A stretch of DNA of 64,000 nucleotides, from positions 4,639,534-4,703,533 of the forward strand of contig NC_083409.1 of the NCBI RefSeq assembly GCF_020745735.1. The letters run 5' to 3'. The notes beneath the pieces are model-generated. The model saw only the letters and a program-made list of their open reading frames with translations, was not told the origin of the DNA and did no database searches. The DNA is from Hemiscyllium ocellatum (taxonomy: Eukaryota). The position numbers were made by a program, and so were the translations under genes. This document shows, piece after piece, positions 1 through 12,814 of the stretch; position 1 is the first letter of the stretch; each line of letters opens with the position of its first letter.

Positions 1-3000
1 TGAGTCGGTGAGGAGGGAAAGAAAAAACGTCAGAAAGTAGTGTGGTAAATAATCAGGTAAGTAGCAAGTGTGCACACAAGTTATATTATTGCTCGTAGCA
101 TTCGTAGCAAGGTTGATTAATTAACAGCACAATTCACATGAGGGAAGATGATTTAGTAGCCATTACACAGACATGGTTGCAGGATGGTCACGAATGGGTG
201 AACAATATCCACGTGATCAGATGATTTAGAACGGCAGAAGTAAGGGAGGTGGTGTCGATCTGATATGCAAGGGCGGTGGTTAGAGATGATCTAGGTTCTA
301 TAGAGAGTAAAGTTTCGTCCTTTTGATTGGAAATTCGAAATTCTCAGATAAAAGTCAGTCATAGGTGTTATCTATCGGCCACCAAATAGTCGCATTACTT
401 TTGGTGGGCAATAAACAAAAAAAAACCTAATGCCTATAAAAATGTTGGAGCTGGGTGTCATGATGGCACAGTGGTTAGCGATGCTGCCTTACTGTTCCAG
501 AGATCTGAGTTCAGTTGCCGCCTCAACCAACTGGCTGTGTGAAGTTTGCATACTCTACCCGTTCCTGCGTGGGTTTTCTCCAGCTGCTTTGGTTTCCTCC
601 CACAGTCCAAAGATGTGCAGGTTAGGTTAATTGGCCATAGTAAATTGCCCGTATTGTTAGGTTCATGGGAAAATGTAGGGGAATGGCTCTGGGTGGGTTG
701 ATCTTCGGAGGGTCCGTGTTGACTTGGGCCGAAGGGCATGTTTCTGCACTGTAAGCAATCTAATCCATTATTATGGGGTATTTCAATCTGCATGTCGATT
801 GTTTGAAACAGTTCATGTGGGTAGCCTTGAGGAGGAGAGAGTTGCGTTTATCTGTGATCGTTTTCTTGAGCAGTGCGTAATGGAATTAAAGCGGGAGCAA
901 ACTATCGTAGGTCTGGTCATGTGCAGTGATACATAAGTAACTAATTGCCTTATAGTAAAGGATCCCCTTGAACGTAGTGGTGACAGTATGGTTGAATTTA
1001 GAATACAGATGCAGAGTGAGAAGAAAAAACTCAGTACCAGGGTCCTGTGCTTAAACACGGCAATCTGCAATAAGATGAGTGAGAACTTGGCTAAAGTAGT
1101 TTGAAAACAAAAAAAAAATCGGACTTTTGATGAGTAATTGCGGACTTTCAAAACAATTTTCCGAAGTGCTCAGCAAAAGTGTATCGCAGTGCAAAAGAAG
1201 GATTGTGAGAAAAAGGGGCAAAATGTCATGTGTGTCTAAGGAAGTAAGGGAGGCTTTCAAATTGAAAGGGAAAAACACAATTTTGCAAAAAAACAGCAAG
1301 GAACTAGACGATCTGGTAACCTTTCAACAGAAAGCCACAAAAAGACTTAGAAGGAACTTGACAAAAAGAAAGCATACGATATAAAGACATAAAGCAAAGA
1401 CTTCTAGAACTATGTGAAACGGCATAAAGATGGCTGAACGTTAGTCCTTTACAGGATCAGATGGAGCATTTAGATACGGGATGTGATGAAATGGTCAAGA
1501 CGTTGAACAAGTCTATTATTTCCATGTTCACAGTGGGGAAATGTAACAACACGCCAGTAATTGACAATGAGACGAAGGTAGATGAGGACTTGGAAAATAT
1601 CATTATTACGGCAGTGCTAGTGATGGGCGCACTCCTGGAACTAAGGATAGACCAGATGGCCCTGATCAAATGGAACACAAGTTACTAAACAGATATGGCT
1701 TGACAATTAGGAAGTGAACTGTCAGTAATTTTCCAAAATACGCTGGACTCTGGGGCAGTCTCAGCCGATTGGAAAACACCCTAATGTGTCGCAAACATCT
1801 TTTAAAAAGGAGGTACACAAAAAAAAATGAGGAATAGGTGGATTTTACCGTGTAATGGTGAAGAGGCTTGAGTCGATTATCAAGGAACAAATAGCAGGGC
1901 ATCTGAATAGACACTGTCCCGTTTGGCAGACGCAGCATGGATTTACGAAGGGTAGGTAATACATAATAAATCTTCTGAATTCTATGAAGAAGCTCCGACT
2001 AGTGTCGACAACTGTGTCCCATTGAATGCCGTGCACCTAGTTTTGCAAAAGTCTTTCGACTTGGTGCTATAGAAGAGGCTGCTACAAAGGATGAAGAATG
2101 CTTGGTGTAAAGAATTACCACAGACAGTGAATGGGTTGACTAACAGGAAGCAAAGAGTTGGGTTAAATGCTGCGATTCTGGCTGGCAGGCAGTAACCAGT
2201 CTTATGCCGCAGTGATCGGTGTGGGGAGCGTAATTACTCACAACTTATATAGATGGAATCAAAGGTTATGTGTCAATGTTTGCAGATGACACGATGGTGA
2301 GTGGCAGATCAAATTGTGCAGAGAATTATAAAATTTTACAAAGGAATATAGATACGTTAATTGACTGGGCCAAGTTCTGGCAGTTGGAAAAACAATGTTA
2401 ATAATTGTGAAGTCATACATTTTGGAAGGAGTATCAGTAAAAAAAAAAGCTTATTACTTGAATTGTTAAAATTTACAGCATACTGCTTGGCAGCGAGACC
2501 TGGGTGTGATTGTGCATGATTCACAGACGTTAGTCTGCAGGTACAGCAAGTAATTAGGACTGTAAATGCAATATTGTCCTCCATTGCTAAAGGGATTGAG
2601 TTGAAAAGCAAGAAGGTTATGTTGCAGCTCTACAGGAGGCTGTTGAGTCCACACCGAGAGTAATGCGTGCATTTTTTCTCCTGACTTGAGAAATGATATC
2701 CTGACACTAGAGACGGTGCAAAGGAGGTTCACCAGCTTGATTCCACAGTTTACTGGTGCAGCATATGAGGAGAGACTCAGTAACCTGGGATTAAATTCAT
2801 AGGAGTCCATAAGAATGGGGGGGGGGGCGGGGAAACCGTGCAGAAACATATAGAATTATGAAAGGAATAGATAAGGTATACGTTGAGAGGATGCTTCTGT
2901 TGGCAGGTGAAACTAGGAAAAGGAGGTACAGCCTCAAGTTCAGAGGGAGCAGGTTTAGGACTGAATTAAGAAGGAGCTTCTTCACCCAGACGGTTGTAAA

Positions 3001-3213
3001 TCTGTGGAATTCTTTGCCCAGTCAAGCACTTGACGCTAGCTCAGTCAACGTTTTTAATGCGATGATTGATATTTTTATTGAACAATAAACGAATTACGGG
3101 CGCCGGTTACAGCACGCGAAGTATAGCTGAGTCCACGAAATGATCAGCAATAATATGATTTAATGATAGACTAGGCTCGAAGGGCCGGATGGCCGATACA
3201 ATTTTTAATGTTC
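1..3213 (+). mobile_element. CR1/HER1-type LINE, near-complete but decayed ORF2 (APE endonuclease + RT) with 3' UTR
   Basis: Endonuclease N-terminus (ARSIRSKVD..., AITQTWLQ) near 90-180; GVIYRPP near 365; RT FADDT at ~2280; C-terminal MKGIDKV...RTELRRSFFTQTVVNLWNSLP (ORF 2858-3088); many stops and frameshifts. Confidence 0.92.
453..765 (+). mobile_element. HE1-type tRNA-derived SINE inserted into the CR1 copy
   Basis: TGGCACAGTGGTTAGC A-box head, GGTTTCCTCCCACAGTCCAAAGATGTGCAGGTTAGG core, TAATC tail; CR1 sequence continues on both sides. Confidence 0.9.
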
Positions 3214-3214
3214 T

Positions 3215-4930
3215 GATGAACACCAATGGATAGATCTGTAAAACAGGAGTAGCTATCCTCCAGGCATGTACAGCTGTATCCACAACCCAAGTAGATTGTT
3301 GCGTCATGCTGTGTTAGATCACTGCACAGTGTGGCGACGTTTGCAGCCATTTTGTTCATGAGAGGATGTACAACTCCCATTCATTTAAAGTTTCATATCT
3401 CCACTCTGTCATGATAAGGGGTGTTATTGGTATGCACGAATCTGCCACAGAAGGTGAGCAGTTTAAACACTAGCAAATGGGAGGTGTATTGTAAATAGAC
3501 AGAAATAGTGAGGCTGGGAGACAGCATCATGGACGGATGTGTTCACAGGTTTCAGAATGCTGAAATAAACAGATTTCGATTGCATTCTGCATCATGGGCG
3601 TGTATTCACATGAATGATGGGGGAATGGGACATTGGTGTGAATTCAGATGATGGAAAGTTTTCGATGAACATTTCTTCTGTAGCTTTGTAACTGAGTGCG
3701 GGGTCGCTCTCTTGACGAACTCACTTCATTACTTACCCATTCCATTCCATGGTATCCTGTTCATTCAATTCAAGGCCAATTTTCCCACCCATCTGGAGTG
3801 GAGGTACTCACCATTACCTAGATACCCCTTGATATCCATTGATCCCTGGCAGTGTGCCATCTTTAAAATGACAATGGGAACACAGTTGAGCTTTCTCTGT
3901 TTGGAGCTGCCCTGCACAACTTACCCCAAGCATGGAAAATAAGGCATAATACCACCACGATATATCGACAGGGACACAGAGGACATGCTGGATTTGCTGG
4001 TATAGAAGTCTGCCGTTCACAGAACGGGCTATACCACCAGTTCCACCAAGCATGGTCTGAGTTCTCACCACCCAGCATAGGGCGTTATCTGCATATGTCC
4101 AGCAATACAGGTCAAACATCAATAGCCATACCCGCTCTGCACGGACACGTGTCACTGTATTCGCTCTGCATCCTCATACTCACTGTATATCTGCACTGGC
4201 ACCTTCCCCCGAACAAGACTTATGCTCCACCACTTTCAGTACTGCATACAGCAAATTCTCTCTCTCTCTCCCCCTCTCTCTCTCACTCTCGTTCTCTCTC
4301 ACTTTCATTATACTCTCCACACCCACTTATTCTCTCTGAATGCCTCACCATTTCCTCCCCAACTACACTAGCATTAAGGGCAGTGCCATCCACACCCACC
4401 GTCATTTCTGCCCTCCCGTCCTCCAATTCCAGGAGAAACAGCCTCTAAAAGGACAGAAAGGGCCAAGCCAGGTAGTAAAGTGCCAAATATCCATCCTTTC
4501 AACGCCCCTTACCCGACATGTGGGGAGGACACCAGCATGATCCGGACAGAACCGAGAAGATTCTTGAGGAGATTCTGAAACGTCCACGTCCAACCAACAG
4601 AGTATGGAGCAATATTTAGTGACAGACAATTATCACATTAAACCAGAATCAGTTCCGTTTCCCCAGTACAACTGAAAAGCCCTGACCCTAATTTCGTCTC
4701 GTTCTGTGGCTGGATGGTACAAATCGGATCTCCATGGTCAGAGTGGGATGGATGGTGGACCCATAACACATCATCTCCAGCACCTGCCAGGAAGGGAGCA
4801 CATTGACTCCCACCTGCATCTTCTCCTGTAACCAGCTCAGTTCGTGAAGCTAATATCTGATATTACTGTTCTCCCCAGTTGTCATGACAGCTTCAATAAT
4901 TTGCGATGATACACACCTAGGGCTCACTGC
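3215..4930 (+). mobile_element. Fossil PIF/Harbinger DNA transposon: two-exon Myb/SANT-like ORF (+), possible transposase N-terminus (-) at ~3215-3420
   Basis: Frameshifted peptides PPRYIDRDTEDMLDLLV, HQAWSE, QQYRSNINSHTRSAR (3930-4144); after a CT-rich intron and acceptor ttccag, TERAKPGSKVPNIHP (~4433-4510). These resemble Harbinger Myb-like proteins (PRF.D.DLE.LL / AW.EVA / QCRKK.NDL.RSAR / RERAKTGGG.P.I). Confidence 0.5.
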
Positions 4931-5920
4931 TTCTGCAATCCCTTAATAATTTTACAGCCTATTGACTTTACTTTCAATGCGCATCAACTCACACTGCTCT
5001 GCTTTGATCCTCGTCTGCAATATTCCTGAACAATGCATAAACTTGCCTCTCTCCTGTTTGCATTCCACACTCTCCACCAAAATCTTTACATATCTCCAAG
5101 GTTTGTTAACGGCAAGCATGAAAATTGTATCAGAGTTGGACGTCACTGGGAACAACTTAAATGCTGGCACACTCAAATATATCAGCAAGGATAATACTGG
5201 CACACTTCATTCGTAGCCAGTCACACAATTACAAACTGCCAACTAAGTAACAGGCTTTCTTACACACATAAGACTGAGTGAATGAAACATTGCTAAACTC
5301 ATCACGGAGCAAGATTAATTTCGACAGACTCCCCACGTCTGTATACTTGCCAGTCTCATTGTGTCTGAGAGCGAATGGCAGGTGTGGCTGTCCCTCTTCA
5401 AACAGATGCACTGTCCCTCTCTGCTGGCCCTCCGGCACTCCAACAAACGCGGCGGCGCAGGGTGAAAACCATCAAGGACTCAAAGTTAGAGGGAGAGGGA
5501 AGGGCCGCTCAAAGCTCCGACGAAACTAACAGCACCATCAGTTCACATGCACACATGCAATTACACAACAGCTTTTCTCAGAGAAGACTATCATTCTCGG
5601 GAGGACCCTTATGTAGAGTAAGTTTTGTACTTTACCTGCAATTTGAAAATGCTTTGCTCTTGGGCTGTATTCCTTACGTAAATTGTATATTGAAGTGTAT
5701 TGCTACTGCAATTGCATCCAGTACCGTCTGAGCGAAGTATTTTTGAGGAAGTTGTAGATGAATTTTATTGCACTTTGTCTAACTTCCAACCATTTTTGAT
5801 GTACTCTACACGACAATGTTTGTAAATGTAATGTGATCCATTTTGTTCAGAATACTATGCTACACGGGGTGAATCGCTCTGCTAATTTAAGTCATGCACA
5901 CAGAAAAGCTGGCTGTAATC

Positions 5921-6575
5921 TGTTAAAATTGGAAAGGCAAAGCACTGTCCCAAATTCCACCACTTAAACAAAAATATGTAATTATTTTATTCTTTAAGTC
6001 CAGAAGAGAACATTAGACAAACCTATTTACAATTACTCTCCCTTAAACCTATAATTTACCTCGCACTCTACAGTACTGGTCCAATAAAACACCGGTTAAG
6101 TCTAACCAAAAAAAAATCACGTGTCAAATGTAGCCAGCTGTGTCGATTCTCGTTTGTCGATTTTTCTCCGTCTATTTTCCTCCACAGACTTTCCTCTGTC
6201 TTCGTTTCTTCGGCCTTCTGCTGCACTATTCTTTTATGGGCAGGTAGCTTTCAAAGAGCGATTCTGCAATCAGTGGCTTGTTGCTTGGCTGTTCTTTGCC
6301 GTTCTCGCAATTTCTTAAGTACCCGAATTTATACCCCCAAACATCGGACAGTCTCATTGTTTTGATGTCATCAAAACATTAAAATTCAAATTCGACTGGA
6401 TTTTGGCATCTTAATGCATCATGTAAACTGAATGGGCAAATTCGTATTCGTTATGTAGCATGGAAATGTATCACCCGCCAATTGTTTCACGTTTTTAAAT
6501 TGGTCACCACACGCTATACTTTCAGTCTTTCGGTGCTATCTTAAAGGTACAGTATACATTTACAACTTCATAACA
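5921..6575. mobile_element. Probable solo LTR
   Basis: 655-bp non-coding segment with inverted termini TGTTA...TAACA, imperfect 4-bp flanks (AATC/AATA), lying between pieces of an old CR1. Confidence 0.45.
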
Positions 6576-6648
6576 AATAGCAAATTGGACTATCATTTAA
6601 ATGGTAAAAGTAAATGGAGCATGCTGCAATGCAGATGGACCTTGGTGT

Positions 6649-7630
6649 CATAGAACATAGAAAAATACAGCGCAGTACAGGCCCTTCGGCCCTCGATGTT
6701 GCACCGACCGAAGCCGACCTAACCTACACTAGCCCAATAACCTCCATATGCTTATCCAATGCCAGCTTGAATGACCAGAAAGAGGGAGAGTCCACCACTG
6801 ATACTGGCAGGGCATTCCATGAACTCACAACCCGCTGAGTAAACAATCTACCCCTAACATCTGTCCTATACCTACCACCCCTTAAATTAAAGCTGTGTCC
6901 CCTAGTAACAGCTGACTCCATACGCGGAAAGAGGTTCTCACAGTCAACCCTATCTAAACCCCTAATCATCTTGTACACCTCTATCAAATCTCCCCTGAAC
7001 CTTCTTTTCTCCAATGAGAACAATCCCAAGTGCCTCAGCCTTTCCTCATACGATCTTCCTACCATGCCAGGCAACATCCTTGTAAATCTACTCTGCATCC
7101 GTTCCAGTGCCTCCACATCCTTCCTATAGTATGGCAACCAAAACTGCACACAATACTCCAGATGAGGCCGCACCAGAGTCATATACAACTGCAACATGAC
7201 CTCAGGACTCCGGAACTCAATTCCTCTACCAATAAAGCCCAGTATGCCAATTGCCTTCGTCACAGCACTATTTACCTGGGTGGCAACTTTCAGAAATCTG
7301 TGTACATGGACACCAAGATCACTCTGCTCATCCACACTACCAAGTAGCCTACCGTTAGCCCAGTAATCCATCTTCTTGTTACTCCTACCAAAGTGAATGA
7401 CTTCACACTTAGCTACATTGAACTCCATTTGCCACCTTTCTGCACAGCTCTGCAACCTATCTATATCCCGCTGTAACCTGCACATCCTTCTTCGCTGTCC
7501 ACCACTCCATCGACTTTCGTATCATCCGCAAACTTGCTCACCCAGCCTTCAAGCCCCTCCTCCAGCTCATTTATGAAAATGACAAACAGCAATGGTCCAA
7601 AACAGATCCTTGTGGAACACCACTAGTTAC
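6649..7630 (-). mobile_element. Young 5'-truncated CR1 LINE (RT C-terminal half + 3' UTR)
   Basis: Open 253-aa frame 6724-7485 (LQRDIDRL...LVRPHLEYCVQFW...FTQRVVSSWNALP); SGVPQGS and FADDT upstream; TTCTATG tail repeats. Confidence 0.95.
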
Positions 7631-7970
7631 TGTCCTTGTGCATTTATCAGTATAATGTGGCTTGCAGGTGCAGCAGACAAAAAGGGTGGCAAATGGAATA
7701 TCGTCCTTCTTTACAATTCGGGTACACTCCCAAAGACACAGACAAACACAGATACAGATGCGCATAGACATAAGCATAGTCATGGAGTCATACAGAAAAA
7801 AACTTTTTTATTTAAATACAGAGACACGTAAGTTATGGATTTGTAAGGGGTCAATGGTTATTGGGAGAAGTCAGTAGAATGGTGCTAAGAAACATATCAG
7901 CCATTATCGGACAGCAGAGCGGACTGAATGGAACAAATGGCCGAATTATGATCCTCTTTGTGCTCGTATA
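7631..7970 (+). mobile_element. Old CR1 fragments (continuation of 6576-6648)
   Basis: gaccttggtgtc...tgtccttgtgcat junction rejoins across the young CR1, with TGTC duplicated; CR1-like 3' UTR near 7850-7960. Confidence 0.6.
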
Positions 7971-9439
7971 GTATGACGGGGTCTTAAAACGCAAATTCTG
8001 GCGGCTGAATATTTTTTTGGAGAATCAATGGTAACGTGACGTAAATTTGAGGGCCTGAAATGTGCATATCTGCTCATAACTGATGTACTTGTGTCTCAAA
8101 ATAGTTTACACACTTTAAACATGACGGGTCCCCCATTGAGATAAGAATGTATTTTTCTCCTTTGTGTTGTGCTGTCTATGGTGTCCTCACCCCAGGGAAC
8201 AGTGAAGACTGGGTCTTGCTACGTGTTGAAGGCTGGGCTCACCTGACCTTTGGACATTGCGGCCAATAATTATTGGGTAAAGGAGTATTCAATCACAATT
8301 GTATCAACAAGGAACATTCTCAATGGGGTAACAGGCTCGCAGAGCCGAATCGCCTACACTATGCGTTCGTGCTTCCCTCAACCCCTCAACACTATTGCAT
8401 AATGAGAGGAAGATCCCATTCAGCCTGTCAGGATCAGTACAAGGAGACAGGAAACGATTATTATGTCCCTCAGGAGTTACACCGGAATAGAATGAAGTAA
8501 TGAATTCCTTTATGTAATCACACAGCACTGGATTAAATCATTCAAATATTCTCAAGCGTGGCGCAGAAATACTGTGCCACCGTCCCTCTCAACATGTTCC
8601 AGTTGGGAGTTCGAGTAACATTATTTATGTTTCAGCTCAAAGAGGGAGAAAATGTAATCTGCCTGTGATTGAGAAGTGAGATGTTGATCGACAATAGTGA
8701 TGATTATACACATGTAGGTAAGATGAAAATCTTCGCCCTCATATTGAGATATCGTCAGGGGACTGACGTTGAAGAAAGAAGCATTTCATCTGTCGAGTTG
8801 TGAGCGAAGAATATCATTCAGAAGCTGATGGGAATCTTGAATTCTCTGCTGGCAAATGTCCTTGAGTTAGAAGCATGCATTGTGCCCAAAGTGCATTTTG
8901 ATATACACCTTTGATGTCAAACGGGCAAGACTATGCGTCAAGTACTGTAAATGGGATGACAATCATGGGGTGCTTGTTTATGAATGATACTTACCAGGGT
9001 GACCAATAGAAATGTTTTGTCTGTGCTGTACTATTCAATGAATTAATCTCAGCATGAAATCTGATGATAGCAACTCAAACATTAACAAGCAAACCGAAAA
9101 TTGAAGGCTATCGACTTGCACGAATGACACTACAATCCGCTCCCTTGCATTCTGTAAGACTATTAATCACAAGATTTGCTTCGTAATTCGAGAACTTCCG
9201 TTTGAAACACGAATTCGAGGAAAATCTGTGGCACAAGATGCACAATGAATCAGGAACGTCGATGCCCAGCACCAATTAAGGGTGTACAGCTACACAATAA
9301 AAAAAAACTAACTGATAAAAACTGAATAACATTCTTTTGGGTACGAAGAAAACCAACCACATCATAACAGCAACAATATGTGTCAAAACATGATACAACA
9401 TGCGCTGTGCATAGCAGATATTAAATTAAAATGCAGAGA

Positions 9440-9870
9440 AGTTATCAGCCAGGACTATTTGAAGTTCGGAGAGTGCAGCCGAGTCCTGGTGGTGTAATGG
9501 TGGTCCGGAGCAAGGCACAGAAGGCATTTAGAGTCCATCTCAGCCCATGGAGATAATTCGTGCAGCCCAGCTCCGGGGCAAAGGGCAGGGCAAGGAGTCA
9601 GTAAGGTCTCCAGCACTGACACACGAAGTTTAAGACAGTAATTTGATTACATTTTTAAAAGCATTTTTATTTAGACAATTACTTTTATTTTGTACCTTGA
9701 GTAAAAATTTGTATTCCTATGCGAAACCTTTTCTATTTACTCTTTCAATTCTGAAACGAATACCTAAGGATCTATATCTAACATGGCATCTAATTGGTGA
9801 CATCACAGACTGTTAACTGCACTCAGTGCAGTGCATGTGACAATACAGGCCATTTTATTCCATTTATTCA
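9440..9870 (+). mobile_element. Non-autonomous retroposon with Rex/Babar-like 3' tail
   Basis: GC-rich head then CATGTGACAATACAGGCCATTTTATTCCATTTATTC tail, similar to the tail at 47020-47060. Confidence 0.35.
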
Positions 9871-10462
9871 GTTTTGATATTATATTCAGAAACTGGAGTA
9901 CTCGGAAAAACAGATCAAATCCAATCCTGCTGCACTGAAACTCCTCTTGAACTAACAACTTGCACAATTTTCCTCCAGCATATATCTTTTCACAATGTAG
10001 GAAATATTTCCCGTTTCGGTTGCTCTCTCCTCCCAATTTTTTTGCCAAATCGTTACAAAGAGGAGAACAACTGCATCTACATGATATTTGTTCAGATGTT
10101 CATGAAGATTGCTCACCACATCCAACTATATAATCGTTGTTCAAATACATATACTCATGTTTCCTAAATAAATCAGAAAAATATGTTTGGCTCATTAAAT
10201 TAAATTGACAGCAGTTTACAGGGAACTTAAGGCTAAACTTGTAAACGAAACCTACATGACTTTTTGGTAGATTTTCGGTAACTTGGACTGCTCAAGGTGA
10301 TACGACTTCTTGTACTGAAATACAAAGACAACATGTTTCTTACTGGTGTACATTCAATTCACGTTGACAGTAGCGAAACATCCAAATTCAGTTATCAAAA
10401 ACGCTTACTTTCGTTATAGTTTACTAATTTCATTGTATGGGTTATTCTGGTTATGGGTTATT

Positions 10463-11746
10463 CACCTTCCACCCCGAACTCAAATTCACCTGGACCGTCT
10501 CAGATTCCTCCATCCCCTTCCTAGAGCTTTCTATTTCTATCTCGGGCGATCGAATCAACACGGACATCTACTATAAACCGACTGACTCCCACAGCTACCT
10601 AGACTACACATCCTCCCACCCTGCCACTTGTAATAACGCCATTCCATATTCCCAATTCCTTCGTCTCCGCCGCATCTGCTCCCAGGAGGACTAGTTCCAA
10701 TACCGGAAAGCCCAGATGGCCTCCTTCTTCAAAGACCGCAGATTCCCCCAGACGTGATCGACGATGCCCTCCACCGCATCTCCCCCACCTCCCACTCATC
10801 CGCCCTTGAGCACCGCCCCCCAACCGCCACCAGGACAGAACCCCACTGGTTCTCACCTACCACCCCACCAACCTCCCTACACGACATATAACCTGCCGTC
10901 ATTTCCGCCACCTCCAAACAGACGCCACCTCCAAGGATATATTTCCCTCCCCTCCCTTATCAGCGGTCCGAAAAGACCACTCCCTCCGTGACTCCCTCGT
11001 CAGGTCCACACCCCCCCACCAACCCAACCTCCACTCCCTGCACCTTCCCATGCAACCGCAAGAATTGCAAACATTGCGCCCACACCTCCTCCCTTACCTC
11101 TCTCCAAGGCCCCAAGGGATCCTTCCATATCCGCCACAAATTCACCTGCACCTCCACACACATCATCTATTGCATCTGCTGCACCTGATGTGGCCTCCAC
11201 TATATTGGGTAGGCAGGCCGCCTACTTGCAGAACGTTTCAGAGAACACCTCTGGGACACCCGGACCAACCAACCCAACCACCCCGTGTCTCAACACTTTA
11301 CTCCTCCTCCCACACCACCAAGGACATGCAGGTCCTTGGACTCCTCCATCGCCAGACCATAAAAACACGACGGTTGGAGGAAGAGCGTCTCATCTTCCGC
11401 CTAGTAACCCTCCAACCACAAGGGATGAATTCAGATTTCTCCAGTTCCCTCATTTCCCCTCCCTCCTCCTTGTCTCAGTCAAATCCTCGAACTCAGCACT
11501 GCCTTCCTAACCTGCAATCTTCTTCCTGACCTCTCCGCTCCCACCCCACTCCGGCCGATTACCCTCACCTTGACCTCCTTCCACCTATCCTACCTCCTAA
11601 GTCCCTCCTCCCTACCTTTTACCTTAGCCTGCTGGACACACTTTCCTCATTGCTGAAGAAGGGCTTATGCCCTAAACGTCGAATCTCCTTTTCCTTGAAT
11701 GCTGCCTGACCTGCTGCCCTTTTCCAGCTACACATTTTCAGCTCTG
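10463..11746 (+). mobile_element. Penelope-like element family A: RT C-terminus, GIY-YIG endonuclease, pLTR
   Basis: FHPELKFTW...IPFLELSI...TDIYYKPTDSHSYLDY; PCNRKNCKHC; IIYCICCT*CGLHYIG (GIY-YIG); LQPQGMN; terminal CTGAAGAAGGGCTTATGCCCTAAACGTCG. Confidence 0.92.
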
Positions 11747-12059
11747 CGTTATTCTGGTCCCGACCTCCACTTTTAAGTTCGGAGATCAGTGGAAAATGTA
11801 ATGATCTCATGTCCTTTGCTCACACTGATCTGAGCTTCTTCATCCACGTCTCCTCATCACGAACATCAGATAAATCACGCTGTGATTTCTTGTTCGTGCG
11901 TGAATAAGATTGTAGTTTCCTTCGTCCTCTCATTTGCATTCGCTTATTTTCTTAACTTTTTACTCCACTGTGTAACTCTGTCAAAGTTCTGTTACACACC
12001 AAATGCAGCAAATCACTCAATTGGTTTTCAAATTATACCGTGACTCACACAGCCTGCTC

Positions 12060-12810
12060 TGCATCACTGACAAAATAACATCAGAACATTTCAAACAGAT
12101 TGGTCATGATGGGGAGTACTCCCTCAAATATCTCACAGCTAGCTACTTATTCCGGCACAGCTCTAACTTGAGGCTTTATCCGAAAATGCAGAAAGTCGCC
12201 AAGGTTTACCTTCTGCACAAAGGCAGAACAAATCCAAGATAGCCAACCGTGCAATCAAGCAGCAAGAGATCTGCAATAATCTGATCAGTAACCCTCCCTT
12301 TGGGTTCCATCAAGACAAATCTGTTCCGAACCTCACTGCAACTTTCGTTCAAACATGGACAAAGGAAGGAAATTCTAGTGGTGATGTGACATCAGCCCTT
12401 GTCATCAAAGCTGCATGGAACTTGGTGTGGAATCAAGGAGCTGTATTATAACTGGAATCAATGTTTATCAGGGATTAAATATCCATTGCTTGAAGACATA
12501 TCTGCACAGAAGGATATATTCGTGCTTGCTGACAGTCTGTCATCCCACCTCCAGGTTATTTCTTACGAAATTCCACAGAGAAGCGTCCTCTGCCAACAAC
12601 ATTCAGTTGCTTCATCAGTGGCCTTCCCTTCATCATGAGATCCGAAGTGAGGATGATCACTGTTGTAGGCACAGTGTTCAACAGAATTCACGAGTTCACA
12701 TATACTGACACAGTACATTCTGAAATGTAAGGGGACCTGGGCAATATCGAGGGATGGGCTGACAACTGACAGGCAATATTTGCGCAATACAAATGTGAGG
12801 CTCTGACGAT
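12060..12810 (+). mobile_element. Decayed L2/Crack-like LINE RT region (5' part)
   Basis: LFRHSSNLRLYPKMQKVAKVYLLHK, FGF, IPQRSVL; continues after the PLE at 14325. Confidence 0.65.
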
Positions 12811-12814
12811 CAGT

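Noticed and set aside
453-540. tRNA genes at SINE heads
   Set aside because: A/B boxes belong to HE1-type SINEs; no complete cloverleaf
5229-5731. GC-rich patch with overlapping ORFs
   Set aside because: No recognisable protein motif or consistent splice structure; possibly part of the adjacent transposon relic
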